Shown: positions 51,947-64,000 of the stretch, in pieces
Position numbering within the stretch: position 1 is the stretch's first letter
Layout of the letters: each line of letters opens with the position of its first letter
From: Phoronis australis
Taxonomy: Eukaryota; Animalia; Phoronida
Assembly (NCBI GenBank): GCA_002633005.1
Contig: NMRA01000001.1
Location: 1,025,755 to 1,089,754 of the forward strand
Length of the DNA stretch: 64,000 nucleotides
Direction of reading: 5' to 3'
Translations under genes and position numbers: made by a program
The notes under the pieces: generated by a model
The model's input: only the letters and a program-made list of their open reading frames with translations
What the model was told of the DNA's origin: nothing
Databases searched by the model: none

Positions 51947-52625
51947 TTTATTCAACCAATGTTATTGAGGCGAAGTCGACCCTTACACAATTTGTTTTTA
52001 GCTTGTCGGAAAATTACTTTTTGGAAAAACACTCACTTTTAGCGTTTACCAAACGGTTATTAGCTTTTGGAATTCATATTTGAACTATCTAAAATAGATA
52101 ATATTGAAAATCACTTGTAGCTAATAATAGTTTCGGTAAAAGGATACCAAAGCCGGTTTTGACCTATTAACAGATATCGACTTCATCCCATCCAGCTCTC
52201 TAAAACAAAACCATGCTCTATCACCATTCAAATTTTATAGTAAATTTTGACAAATCCTTACAATATTTGCTAAACGGACAAGTGTGAACTGGACCGCCCA
52301 TCAAGAACCATTACGGTATACAATATTCATTCTACTACTTCGGGGTGTCTGTTTTAATTGAATCTCGCTTTTATCACTGAAGTGAGACGCCAATAGTACA
52401 TTAACAGGAGGCAGCACGAGACTTGGTTTAATTCACCAAACAGAGTTCAGTGTGAATTTAAATAAAGAGGCCGTTTCATAAAAGTTTAATGCCTCTTTAA
52501 TAGTGTCCCTTGTGGTGTGTTTCGTGTTTTACTCTTGTTTATCGTTACTGCCTGACTTTATAGGTCTGCCGATTTTATTTTTTGACTTAACGTTGCCTAC
52601 ATCATGACGCAATTAGTTTGCTTAC

Positions 52626-53507
52626 CGTCAATGGATCAAAAAACTCCTTTTCTTTGCAGTCATAATTCCTGTCTCGCTTGGCCGGCTCTGCAAAATTGAA
52701 TATTACAGATAAACTGGGAAACATATTATTCGAGAAGAGTCGATCCCCGGGCCCATTGCTTGATTCTGGACTTTTCATACAGACCAAGGAGTTAGCTTTT
52801 CGGTTGTCGCAAAGAGCACAAAACAATTCTTCTGAAGCGCATTCACGTAACGTTAATGCGTTTTGTGGAAATAGAGAGTGGACCCTATGTCTTCCGAGAC
52901 CATTTGACGACGATTTATCAACATTGAAATCGAGAATGCTAGTCCCTAACCCGTCCATTAGGTATTCCACGGTCCACGGAACTGAGTCTCTGACGTTATT
53001 ACACTCTGCACAGAAAACGTTTAAGAAATGAACGCCATCTTTTTCGACTGGAATTCTGCTACTGTTGGCTTCAAGCTCCTCTCCGTGTTTTATGAGTCCA
53101 TCGGGGTGCATGTCCTCGCAAAGAATTCTGATATCTTCCGGAGTCCTATCCGGGCACTTTGTCACCGTTTTGATAAACCGGGACGTCCTGTCGAGTCGAA
53201 ATTCTGGAATACCGCCGAAGTCCACATTTTGCAGGACTGGGTAGTACGATATAAAACTCATTTCTACACAGCCGAATTTATCGTCACGGCCAAGATGACA
53301 GTTCTGGTCTTGAAATTCTTGAGAGCACGCGTCACGGCAGAGGCACGAGTCGTCATTTGGTTTCAAGTTAACAGAACACGAGTCAGACGAAAAACCACAC
53401 GGGCTTCGTGCACAATCTTGCCATGACATGTTAAAATTTTTAGCTGCCTTGGCTGAAAAATGAACAAAAAATATTGCCCATAGAGAAGTATATCTGAAAA
53501 AAATCAT
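52626..53507 (-). CDS. Family-B/adhesion-like GPCR, exon A: signal peptide plus Cys-rich ectodomain
   Basis: MIFFRYTSLWAIFFVHFSAKAA resembles a signal peptide; Cys-rich with F.NVFCA.CN; ends ...FFDPLT|GTAAG in phase 0, compatible with the next exon. The start could instead be spliced in via the AG at 53494-53495. Confidence 0.8.
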
Positions 53508-54479
53508 GTCGCAAAATGTGTAGAATGAATGTAATCGATTCAAAACAATCACCACTCTGTCCTATTCTACACAGCGTTATCCGACTGGAAACTGACAAAC
53601 TGACTGAGAAAATTAATATGCGAGCGCTAGCAAACAATCCATAGTTATAATCCACAGATTAAATTGTCACTGTCCTGCGCTAAGCCCCAGGAACACGTGC
53701 CACTCATTAGCGTATTGCAATTCCCTTTTTCCCGGCGCACCTGCTGTTCTCCTATCGTGAGGTAAGATTATATTGGTTGTACAACGGTGGCGCTGTGCGC
53801 ACGACGGGCTTCGTCGTCTTTTGACCTTCACAACCGCCGGAAAGGGGTGAAATGTGACATCCCGCATTTATGGATGTTTAACCATCTAATCCCACTTCCT
53901 TAAATTGGCACTGCAGCCCACGATATAGCAGTAATACCTTCTCGGCATTACTTAAATGTGATATAAAATATTCAGACGACATGCGCTGATATGGCCCACT
54001 ATATGTATGCGAAAAATTATTCTCTCGGCTTTTGATACCCGGCCATAGAAGTTATTGAATTTCTAAATTATATGCGGAATTTATTATCATTCAAAAATAT
54101 CCTAAATAATGTGTAAATTTCAAAGAAAGTTGTTACCCGGAGCTAGGATTCAAAATTAATTGGAATCTAGATCAAAGGGACAATCAGCCCTCACGTGGTG
54201 TCAAAATTCAACTTTTGATTAAGGTCGCTTACCGTTATGCATGTACGTATGTAATCACGCAAGCAAGCAGGTAAGGAATTAAGTATAAGTAATTTTTTTA
54301 TTTTACATCGGTACTGAAATTTAGCAAAAACCTTTGCACAGGCTCTAGTAACCGATAAAAATTTTAAATTTCTTCTAAATGTAATTTGCAAACTAGAACG
54401 ACAGGAATGGCACTATGAAGTACAGGCGTTTGTGGAGGAAATTATCAAGATAACAGAATTATGCATTGCACTCAGTCAC

Positions 54480-55155
54480 TCAGTCTTGAAATTCACAGTT
54501 AACATTTTGCAATGGCGCGATATAGCATTTTGAAAACTACTTTGTCTGCACAGCGACCGATTTGCTCTGGTAAGTTGTTCCATAGGAACACACTGAAATC
54601 TGGTGACAGTTTGCACTACTAGGCTTTAGACTACAACATGGAGTACGATGACTGGACGTCATTTAAAACAAACTGTACGCAGTATTGAAATTTTAGTTTT
54701 CCAATTTCCTCCCTCTAAGGGCGCCGCACTCAGCGGCCAGTAATTAAAATATGATAGTATAGAAGCATGGTACACTTGAAGTTTTTGTTTTTACTTAATC
54801 CAGGAGAACTTGGTTTGAAATGTTCAGAGTTTGGCCAACATTTTCTAGAAAGATGTCGGCATAAACTACTGAGTTATCATCTGCGTATTTATACACGTTG
54901 TATTTCCCTTTCAAAAAGTTGAAGATGCCATGAATGAATATATTAAATATAAGGGGTTCAAGGATTGAGCCTTGGGAACTCCTTTAGAAAAAGGTACCGT
55001 ATTCACAATGTACATTTCTAATTTCTACTCTCATGTATCCTCCAGACGCATTGTAAATTCATAAAGAACACGTTTTGTCGCTAAAACCTTAGGCTTTACG
55101 TTTAGAAATCAATAGTGAATGAGGTAAGTAATCGAATGCTTTAGAAAGATCTATG
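54480..55155 (-). mobile_element. Decayed CR1/L2-type RT fragment
   Basis: Manual minus-strand reading gives IDLSKAFD.LPH.LL.SK, KGVP.GSIL.PLIFNIFI, YADDN, ILSYFNY and WNNLP with stops and frameshifts. Confidence 0.8.
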
Positions 55156-55183
55156 CTCACTTGCGAGTTTCTCGTTGAGTCAA

Positions 55184-56234
55184 TGTGACGTCACCGGAAA
55201 AGGGGCAAAAGCCGCCATATTGCTCTTGTTTGGCCCCGAGTCTTTGCTACACACGCTAAATTTTACTGGAGTTCTTATGGTGAATTTTACGCTTAAAACT
55301 TTAACACAACTTAAAAGATGGTAGATGGATCGCGGAATAACTGTGAATGGGCGAAGAAAATGTGAACTTGTTATGTTGTGCGAAGCTGTGAACGGACTGA
55401 AATTGGAACTCAACCCGCCGGTCTAGGCCTGAATGCCGCAGGCATACCGGGGCGATAGTTTATCCCCATAAAAAGTTACTCACTTCAAAATACAGCAAAT
55501 AAAATGAAATGAAACATGCATATGCGCACATGGAGTTATAATTAATTAACACATACCCTGACTCTGGATACAATTTAGTCTACAAATAACTTGAACCTAT
55601 CCATGAAAACTTCGCGGTTCGCTCAAGTTTCTCTCACAGGGCTTCATTTTGAGGAAGTTACGTGAAATCACGAACAACAAGTCCAAGGAACACAAATCTT
55701 ACAAATTCATTTGATATGTTCTCATGTTATTTTGCAAGTGTCACACGCCAGGTTTCGCGCTTCACTCAGTCTCGCGCTAGCCTTTGCGTCATACTCACTT
55801 GACCAGTTGAACTACTTTGTGGTTATCGCGCGCGCGTTTTAAGTTAACAGTAACCACAATGTGGAGTTGGAATTCTTCGCCAAAGTCACCTGAATTCCCG
55901 TAGCTATGCTTCATCGAAGATATGTTTAGAAGCAGAAAGGACCACTGGAGAAACTAAGCGCCTTTTTTAGGTGATAATTTTAGAGGTAGAATGTATTTTT
56001 GACGTGGTGAAAACTTATCGCCCGTTTAAAATACACGAAACGATATTAGTACAAAACGCGATAGAACGTATTGTAGTGCGAATCTGAATTTCATTTGCCA
56101 TAACAGCAATGCTTGTTTGGCATTTTTCGAACTAAACGGCCAAAAAGTGGAAGAAAATTACAGAATACACTCTGCTAACGTATTGGACAAATTAGCCAAA
56201 CGACAAGCTTTTGCCCCACTTCCCGTGACGTCAC
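55184..56234. mobile_element. ~1-kb non-autonomous DNA element with 29-bp imperfect TIRs
   Basis: TGTGACGTCACCGGAAAAGGGGCAAAAGC and GCTTTTGCCCCACTTCCCGTGACGTCACA; the interior is homologous to 60530-61010 (inverted) and 61195-61670. Confidence 0.65.
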
Positions 56235-59077
56235 AGTTAAGTCTCACGTAATCTCGCGTCATTGTTATTAACTCGCAAAAGGACTAATACATTTTTTCGT
56301 CTTAGGCCGGACTACCTCAAGTCTTGGACGAGTTGCAAAGGAACATCCTAGTATAAATAATCTTTGCGAAAAATACTTACAGATGTTTTCATTGAAAGTA
56401 TGTAGAGGTTCAACTACTTGCATAGTTACTTTAGAAATACTTTATTGGTTAGCTACGTGGAGGTCACTTACTGGTCAGCCATTTGTAATGTTGAAGTCTT
56501 TTCTTATACAGAAGAGGAATTTGACTTTTCTTTAGACCTGATGTGTAGATTGGTATAGATAAGCATTTATTACATTTAGAGTCGCTAGAGATATTGCTAT
56601 ATTTTCAGCACCGCACCTATAGATTGTTTGGGAGAGACCATCGTATCCCATAGATCCCGTATTTAGTTCCTCTTAAGGTTACCCCAAACCTAATTCTCAA
56701 AATTTGGCAGTTTTCACATATGTCTAGCAAAATACCTTAATATCTTTTTCTCACGGGAAACTTCTAATACGAAATATACACCGTGTAGCGTAAAAAAAGG
56801 AATTAGCACTAACTTATCCAAGGTCAAAGTTTCAGGGCTGACACTCAAGTCGAATCTCCCGCTTGGCATGTGCACCACCCACAATGCACGGTACTTTCAC
56901 TCACGGAAAAATGATAACACGTAGATCTTGAGTGGGTTGCATGTCTGCGTACATACGGCTGTTGGTAACGTTATGACGAATGCACCGAGTCTCTGCCAGT
57001 CGTCTGGCATAGCGAATAGCAAGTCGTGAAAAGATAAATCCTCACCCAAATTCATTTGTTTCACCGGTAATCTGACGTTTGGCGTTGTTTTGATCTAGTG
57101 CTCAAGGTGCGCTTTAACCACAGGTACTCGATTTCTCTATGGTTGGTTTCTTTTAGTCTCCCCGGCGTTTCAAGTGTTGTGTACTACTACAATATACTGT
57201 TGACCTAGCTTCACTCGAGACTTTGTAACACGACTTACAAATTTAGTGATATTAAATTAATTACACTTTGCAAATTCAAATTGACATTACATTAAAGTGA
57301 ATGTTAGAAAACGGCTTACATGGTACTAGCTTGTATGAGTTATATTGACCAAAACAAGTTTTCATCGAATAATTGGCGATTCGTGACGTTTGGAGTTTCG
57401 TGGCTTCGACAAATGAAATAGACTTAGGAACACGAGTTCTCGAAAACCGGGCTCGGTGAAGTTCACTGAAAATTTCTAATTTCGCTATTCACCATTCTCA
57501 AAAACACTTTTAGGGTCTGGCTTTTAAAAATGCATAGTTTTTGCGTACCGTAAAATAGACGAATACCTTTATCGAGTTTATTTGACATAGAAAGTCACAG
57601 TTAGTCAAGGGTTTTGCTTGGTGAACTGGTCGAGTTTGCGATCCTCAGCCATTTTGGTCGGAGTTTTCAAGACTCAAGTAGTCGACGCGAGAGTGGTGCC
57701 CTCACTTTATGCGGGGAAGTAAGCTGCGGTATTGCCTCATGTTGTCACATGGGAAGATAACTCTGACCAGGGGTCCGTTAAGTGACAAAAATTTGATCTT
57801 TAACTCCCTCTTCGATGGTGAATGAAGCTTTAGCCAAGTAATTCTGAGGGCATCACAGTCTAAAATGGTTTATTGAAATTATATCAGTAACTAACACTGA
57901 TGCGTCCATTCTCAGAGACTGCACATTTGCTCAACGATGAGATTTAATTATTTTTCAGAAATATTGATGTGGAGCGTAAGACAGACTTTCTGTAGAATGA
58001 CTTTAGCCCTAGAATACCAATTTCGATCTCGCTCCTCTGAGGTTGCGCCTAGTATGCGTGGCATTTGTTTGCATTCGTTTGTTCCGGTGTTGGTTCATGC
58101 TATGCAATTTAATATCACTAAAACTTTTCGCAACTCCACCGTTTTTCAACCGAATTGTGTAAGAGTAATACCAACATAAAGACCATAAGTTATTGATAGT
58201 GTAACTATGGTTATGCGATAAACAAAAGATAAATAAATAATCTAATTAATAATAATTATCACTTCGCATACTTCACATATTTAAAATATATTTTTTAATT
58301 CTAAAAACCAAGACGGTTACCAAAATGCGAAAACTAACAGGGTGTAATAGTAACATAAAAATGAAATGGACCGGAGAGGTTATAAAAATGACTATAGGAC
58401 TATGCCAATAATGCAAGGGAGAAATGTTCGTCGCAACACACAAAAATGTCCCGACAGCACTTTTTGTCGAACGGGAGACCTAACACCCGAAAGCTCCCGA
58501 AGAAGTTTTTCTTAAGTCGAATGGGAAATTTCGGGTCCCTCAAAATCTCACAAAACGTCCCGTTTTTTGGTCAAAAATTTAAAAGTGGAATAGTTGGCAC
58601 CAAGGGCGGCAAATTCAAATGACGTCGCTGTCAGTAACACAAGCTATTGAATTGAATCCTTTTACAAATTTTTATATTTTTATTTCACGGGTATAGGTAA
58701 ATGGTCCATATAACTCACTGCTCAGAAATTAAATTAATAACAAGTGTGTGGGCAACAAGTAAATACTTGCACAAGGGAATAGAAATAATTATATTGCATG
58801 CACACGCACAAGCACACAGACTTAGCTACACTATGAATACAAACATTTTTTTTCGAAAGTTACGTAGGCATGACACCTGTTAGTGGGTTCTAACCTTAAG
58901 CTTATAATTGCATAACAAAAACTCGGCCGGAGACCGGCCTACAGCCTTGTTGAAAAACTTCTAGCATGTAATTTGATAGGTTGTAGGAAATGATTCTAAG
59001 TTGATTGGAGCTGAAAAGGTATCAGAGGCCAGACTGTTCCCGGATCGGATGAGCCAGGGCCACAGGTCGGTACGTAT

Positions 59078-59253
59078 CAGGGGCGGATCCAGGATTTAGG
59101 AGTTGGGCGGAGGTCAGGGCTGAGTAGGCCTATAGCCAGGATTTTGCCTGTGAACTGAGGTTGGCACACCCGTACTTCCAAATGGAATATGGGAGAATTT
59201 TAGTGGGGGACATGGCTCCCTTGCCCCCTCACCCCCCATTAAATCCGACACTG
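59078..59253. mobile_element. GC-rich MITE, TSD CGTAT
   Basis: Homologous to 3075-3223; 5-bp direct repeats. Confidence 0.8.
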
Positions 59254-59499
59254 CGTATAAGGAATGGCCAATGTTGGGTTTGTTGACTGGCGATGCCGCC
59301 GCGGGACTAATCACTGGTGGAGCTAGTCTGCAACCGTGTCCCAAAAATCTCGCTTGATAAACAAAAGTGACAAAATGAAAATGGCACATGAGGGAGTTAG
59401 CATTCCAGGGCTAGACTTGTATGGTCTTAGTCAGTTTTCATGAACAGATATCATTAAGATTACGCGCTGCCTATCGCCACCGAAGATGGGCAGTGGCAT

Positions 59500-59670
59500 G
59501 GCCAACCGAAGTGATAACAACCGCCATCTAGCGGTTGTCGTGTCAGTGTCTCTCGTAACAATGAATACTTCAAGGCGTTGCGTTATTCTGTTTTTCAGAA
59601 TTGCGGAAATGGCGGCATAATCGAAAATAAATGAAGTTGTGGATAGATTTCACTCGGCAAAACAAGGTAG
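59500..59670 (+). promoter_or_regulatory. Probable promoter and non-coding first exon of the plus-strand gene
   Basis: YY1-type AAATGGCGGC near 59607, CTCF-like motif at 59522-59534, AAG|GTAG donor near 59666. Confidence 0.45.
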
Positions 59671-62399
59671 TTTAGGCCTAACTGTGCCTAAATTTTTACA
59701 GTGTGTGGTTTTCAAGACCACAGTTGTCTGAAACTTTTGATCGCGACCAGTGTTAAGTTAATGGGTCTTGTACTCTTGTAGTTGTGACTAAGACTAAAGT
59801 ATAAAATCACCTGTCCTTGTCTTGGCCTTGGCTTAAACGCCTTGAAGTTGAAGTTTGAACGGCCATAGGCAACACGTAGCCCCTCGGCTGGAGGTTTAGG
59901 GGCTAGAGTACTTCCCATTGCTTTCTGTACGAATTTTTATGTATTCTAAAACAGGCGGTAGACCAAATCCGGTTACCAATTGAGAGTTTTCACTTTTTGG
60001 TCATCGTCAACTTTTTCACCACGTGCGCGATAACCACTAAGTATTTCAACTGAGTAGCGTGAGTTAGGCAGCCAAAGGCTTGCGCGAGACTGAGTGAAGC
60101 ACGCTCTCTGGTTAAATCATGGTTGCTGGTTTGATTCCCGAGGTCGGGCAATCTCGGCTATTACGAAAATTTATTATGAAGAATACTTCATGTTAATAGA
60201 GGACAAGTCTACAATTTCTAAACTCTAATTATTCTACATACCGGTACTAATGCGAACAACAATCACCAACTCTCTTGACTCTCAGCAATAAACGACTCCT
60301 ACTAAACAAATTACATCCAGATCGGTAAACTCTCCTGGATGGCAGAGTTGAGACTCAGCTGATCCTCCATGTGGAAAGTCAGAACAGTTGTAATTTGTTC
60401 CAAGTGAAGTTTCGAACCACAAACACCTTGAACTAGGCAACATGTAGGTTAGCCAGCCATCTTTCTGCACTAATTTCATCCTGTGTATTTTAAATGGGCA
60501 GTAGGCTAAATTCGTTCACTGAATAAGAGGTTTTCACCTTGTCAAAAATACTTTTTTACACTTAAAGTTATCACTTAAAAATCTCTTACTTTCATCAGCG
60601 ATCCTTTCTGGTTTATACATATCGATGAAGCTTGTCTGTGGGGATTAAGATGACTTTGTTGAAGAATTCCAAATCCTCTTTATGGTCACCGTTAACTTTT
60701 TCACCGTGGGCGATAACCACAAAGTATGTCACGTGAGTTAGGCAAGGATAAGTGTGAGACTGAACGAAGTGAGTGACTTGATGCATAGGAAGATATCGGG
60801 GAATTTTTAATATTTATGTCCCTTAGACTTTTTGTTTATCAACAGGCATGATTTCGTGTAAATCCCTCAAAATGCCACCGTGTGAGGGAAGCTTGAGCGA
60901 ACCGCAGCAGATTTTCATGGATATGTTCAAATTATATTGACTTAATTGCCTCCAGAGTCATGGTATGTGTTGATTATAACTCCATGTGAGTATATGTATG
61001 CCTGTGGCATTACAGGGCGATGTAATTGCCTAGCTTTAATAAGGCACTCTTCATGACTCTATATTTAAATAGAAAGTACACAAGAGTGATTCAATATAAA
61101 AATCTTCTGGTGTGTGGTGGGCCTATGAGATGGACACTCTCTACTTGGGCCAGTTGAGACGGTGGTACTGTCTAATATACGCAACTAAGTAACTCATACC
61201 ACATGACTCTGGAGACAATTTAGTCAACACAATTTACGTAAAGGTATCCATAAAAATATGTTGAAGTTCACTTGAGTTTCTCTTGCCGCTTGCCATTTTG
61301 AAGAAGTTACACAAAATCACGCCAGTTCATGAACAAAAAATCCAAAATCATATGCAAATCTTACAATATTCCTCCAAATATCTTCACGTGCTACTTTTTG
61401 TGGATATTACCGCTAGGTTATCCGCTAAGTCTTGTGCTGTTTGTGGCCTAATGCATGTGACATCAATTGAAATACTTTGTGGTTGTCGTGGGCAGTGCAA
61501 AACTTAATGCCGACCAAAAAAGTGGAGTTCGGATTCTTCGCTAAAGTCATCTTAATTCCTGTAGACATGCTTCATCGAGGATATGCATACAATCAGAAAG
61601 GATTGCTGAAAAAATTAAGCACTTTTTCTGTGTCAATTTGAAGTGTAAAATGTATTTTGATTAGGTGAAACTGTATTATTCGGTGGCCATGTTTGGATTA
61701 GCTCCCATTTGAAGTACATGGGATGAAATTAACCCAAAGACCGTTGGGAGTATTGTACCTAAAAACCTAGCCAGCTGAGGGACTACATGTTGCCTGCAGG
61801 TATCAATGCTTAACGTAAGGTTCGTTTATTGACGACACAACCGTAAAAGACAAATGGAACTATCTCATGTAGGCAATGTGGTTCAAATTCATCACTAGTG
61901 ACATGGGATGCGATCCTAAAATTACGGCTGGATTTCCTTTGCAGTAATTGACACCAGTTTGAGATCAAAATAATACTCTATATAGTATTAAGTCACTGTA
62001 TCAGAGTTACCTAGGACTTGGTGAATGTACCTTGTACCACAGGTAGTAGCGTGTGACAATGTGGGTTTGTTTCTTTGCCATGCTGTCTCAGAAGCTTATT
62101 AGTTTTTTTTTTGTTGTGTCTGTGATCGATTGCTGTTGATTTGTAATCTGAAATGAACTATGAGGAACTTCTTTGCGTGTTGAATTGAGTCTAACTGGGA
62201 ATTTTCAACTCGAAACATGATTTTCCAAATGTGACCTGGGGAAACATGGTCAAATACAAAATCATTAGGGTATTGAGTCAAAATAAAACCTGGGGGACAC
62301 TGCTTTACGCGTACACAAATGCAACTATGTGTGGTGCATATTGCTGACATTTGTAACCTTTGTAATCACTCTTCATATCATTGCGACCACAGGACGACA

Positions 62400-62552
62400 A
62401 TGGATTCAACTCCACCTGGTGCCAGCATTCACATTGATGGACAGGTACTTCAAGAAGACGAAGAAGATGAGATGCAAGTGGAAGAACAAACCAAGCAGAA
62501 TGAGGTACCAGTAGCTGTTTTTTTGCAGATGCTGAGATTGTGTACATTCAAG
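62400..62552 (+). CDS. Probable first coding exon of an unidentified gene (MDSTPPGASIHIDGQVLQEDEEDEMQVEEQ...)
   Basis: CACAG acceptor ending 62392, ACAATGG Kozak-like start, acidic coding-like composition, AAG|GTATGA donor (alternative donor after 62504). Confidence 0.55.
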
Positions 62553-64000
62553 GTATGATTCCAGACCAGTTTGCAGGTGTACATGGGTATTGAAGATGTA
62601 GGCATAGTGAACTTTGCAATGCATTGGATTTACCAGTCTAGCCTCAGTATTTACTAGCACTGATTTCAGGGTGGCGTTCTGCAGGCGCAGATGGGTAAAG
62701 TTAGTGTGAACGCTAATGTGATCTTGCATTTTCTCGAGTTTTTCACGTTTACGCAATGCTGGCCAAAGTGTGCTTGAGCCATTGACTGGGGCCAAGTTTC
62801 CCGTTCTCAGAGGTAAGTGTTTTCGTAATTGGTTTTGACCCTGTCTAGTAAGTGTTCTTACAGTAAACTCTCACCACTTCCTTACAAAAATAGGGATTTT
62901 CACCTAAAGAAAAGTCCCTGTGCCTTCTGAGAGCGGAATTTATTCGGGTGAGAGGAAAATCCCCCTATGGTCGTCACTTATCCTAGGGTTTGTCTGAGTT
63001 TATATTATTTTATACCTCAGAGGAACTTTTTATTCATCGGAGGAAAATTTTGAGCCTGATGAGGGAAATTTTTCAAGATTTTAGAACATTTTCAGAGAGG
63101 AATGGAACTGATGTTTAGCCCCAGAAATGAGGTATTGAGGGCCCTGAAAGAATTGTCAAAACTGTTGGGCTGTCAATTGTTATGTATTTATCCGTATTCT
63201 ACATAGGGCCGAAAAAATCACTTCGTATGAATTTTCAAATGTTATGGATTTTGAGCCTTTATTTGTCTGGCAGAAACACTATAAGATGAAAGTTGAAATT
63301 ATCTTTAAAATCGTCAGTGTTTCGAAGCACCAAACTAGCGGAGATTGAGGCAGGAATTACTGGAAAGTGACGGAAATTGTCGACAATTGAAGATCTGCAC
63401 AATAAAAACATATCGTGAGAACCGGTGTAGAATGCAATTTGCATACCAAATTTCCCTTTTTTGATTGGTAAATTGCTTTTTTGTGAAATGCTGGCCAATG
63501 AAAAGTGCGCTTACTTGGTTTTGCTTTGTGTGTTATCGTATTCGTTTAAAATTGTGTTGAGATGTTGACAGCGAAATTTCAGAGATGATATACCATGAAA
63601 TTGCCATTTTTCATAACATTCGTCAAGGTTGAATGTCCTCTTTTTCATAAATGTTGTCTAGTGTTAGGTACCGAAGTTTTCAAAATATTGACTACACTGT
63701 CTTCCTCTTGTCGACAATCTCAAAAATTGCTACGCAATATTTCCTGCATATTTTCAAATGATTTAGGGTAATCTTCCATCTGATTTTCCTCTTGGTTTTC
63801 ACCATGAATTTCGACAGAGTTGCCAACTTGTGATATGTAGTACTTTAACTCGATGCTACATATTATTTATGAGATGAGATAATATTTCCCACCCACCATG
63901 TTTTGTTCTGAATTGGTGAGATTTTACTGTAAGACTTATGCCAGCAGACTGACTGAGAAAGGTAAGTCGTCTTTTTAGGAAGACACTGATATGTTGTGAA

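Noticed and set aside
1-64000. CRISPR array, rRNA, or a prokaryotic operon or defence system
   Set aside because: No regularly spaced repeat-spacer array, rRNA-like sequence or dense ORF packing; the DNA is spliceosomal-intron-containing eukaryotic sequence.

Overview
Repeat-rich, intron-containing animal genomic DNA of about 38% GC by eye, most likely a marine invertebrate bilaterian (inference); it is not prokaryotic. Genes: (1) ARP2/ACTR2 on the minus strand, with six visible coding exons from 36540 to 26473 and about 93 codons missing, presumably in the N gap at 27385-28377. (2) A two-exon, about 834-aa family-B/adhesion-like 7TM receptor with a Cys-rich ectodomain on the minus strand (53507-47213). 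(3) The probable first coding exon of an unidentified plus-strand gene (62400-62552). The first 24 kb has no recognisable gene. Mobile DNA includes a decayed L1/Tx1 LINE with a CR1/L2 LINE nested in it, other LINE remnants, many MITEs (including a GC-rich family with 5-bp TSDs), and a hairpin-ended element carrying a tRNA-like promoter. Best leads: a Penelope-type insertion in ARP2 intron 3 with a minimal type-I hammerhead ribozyme on both strands; a frame-preserving 39-nt candidate exon at the ARP2 D-loop; a non-canonical ARP2 phosphate-loop sequence; and a fold-back with ~780-bp arms in the receptor intron. Most short ORFs in the supplied track are spurious. All calls were made by eye, without database searches.
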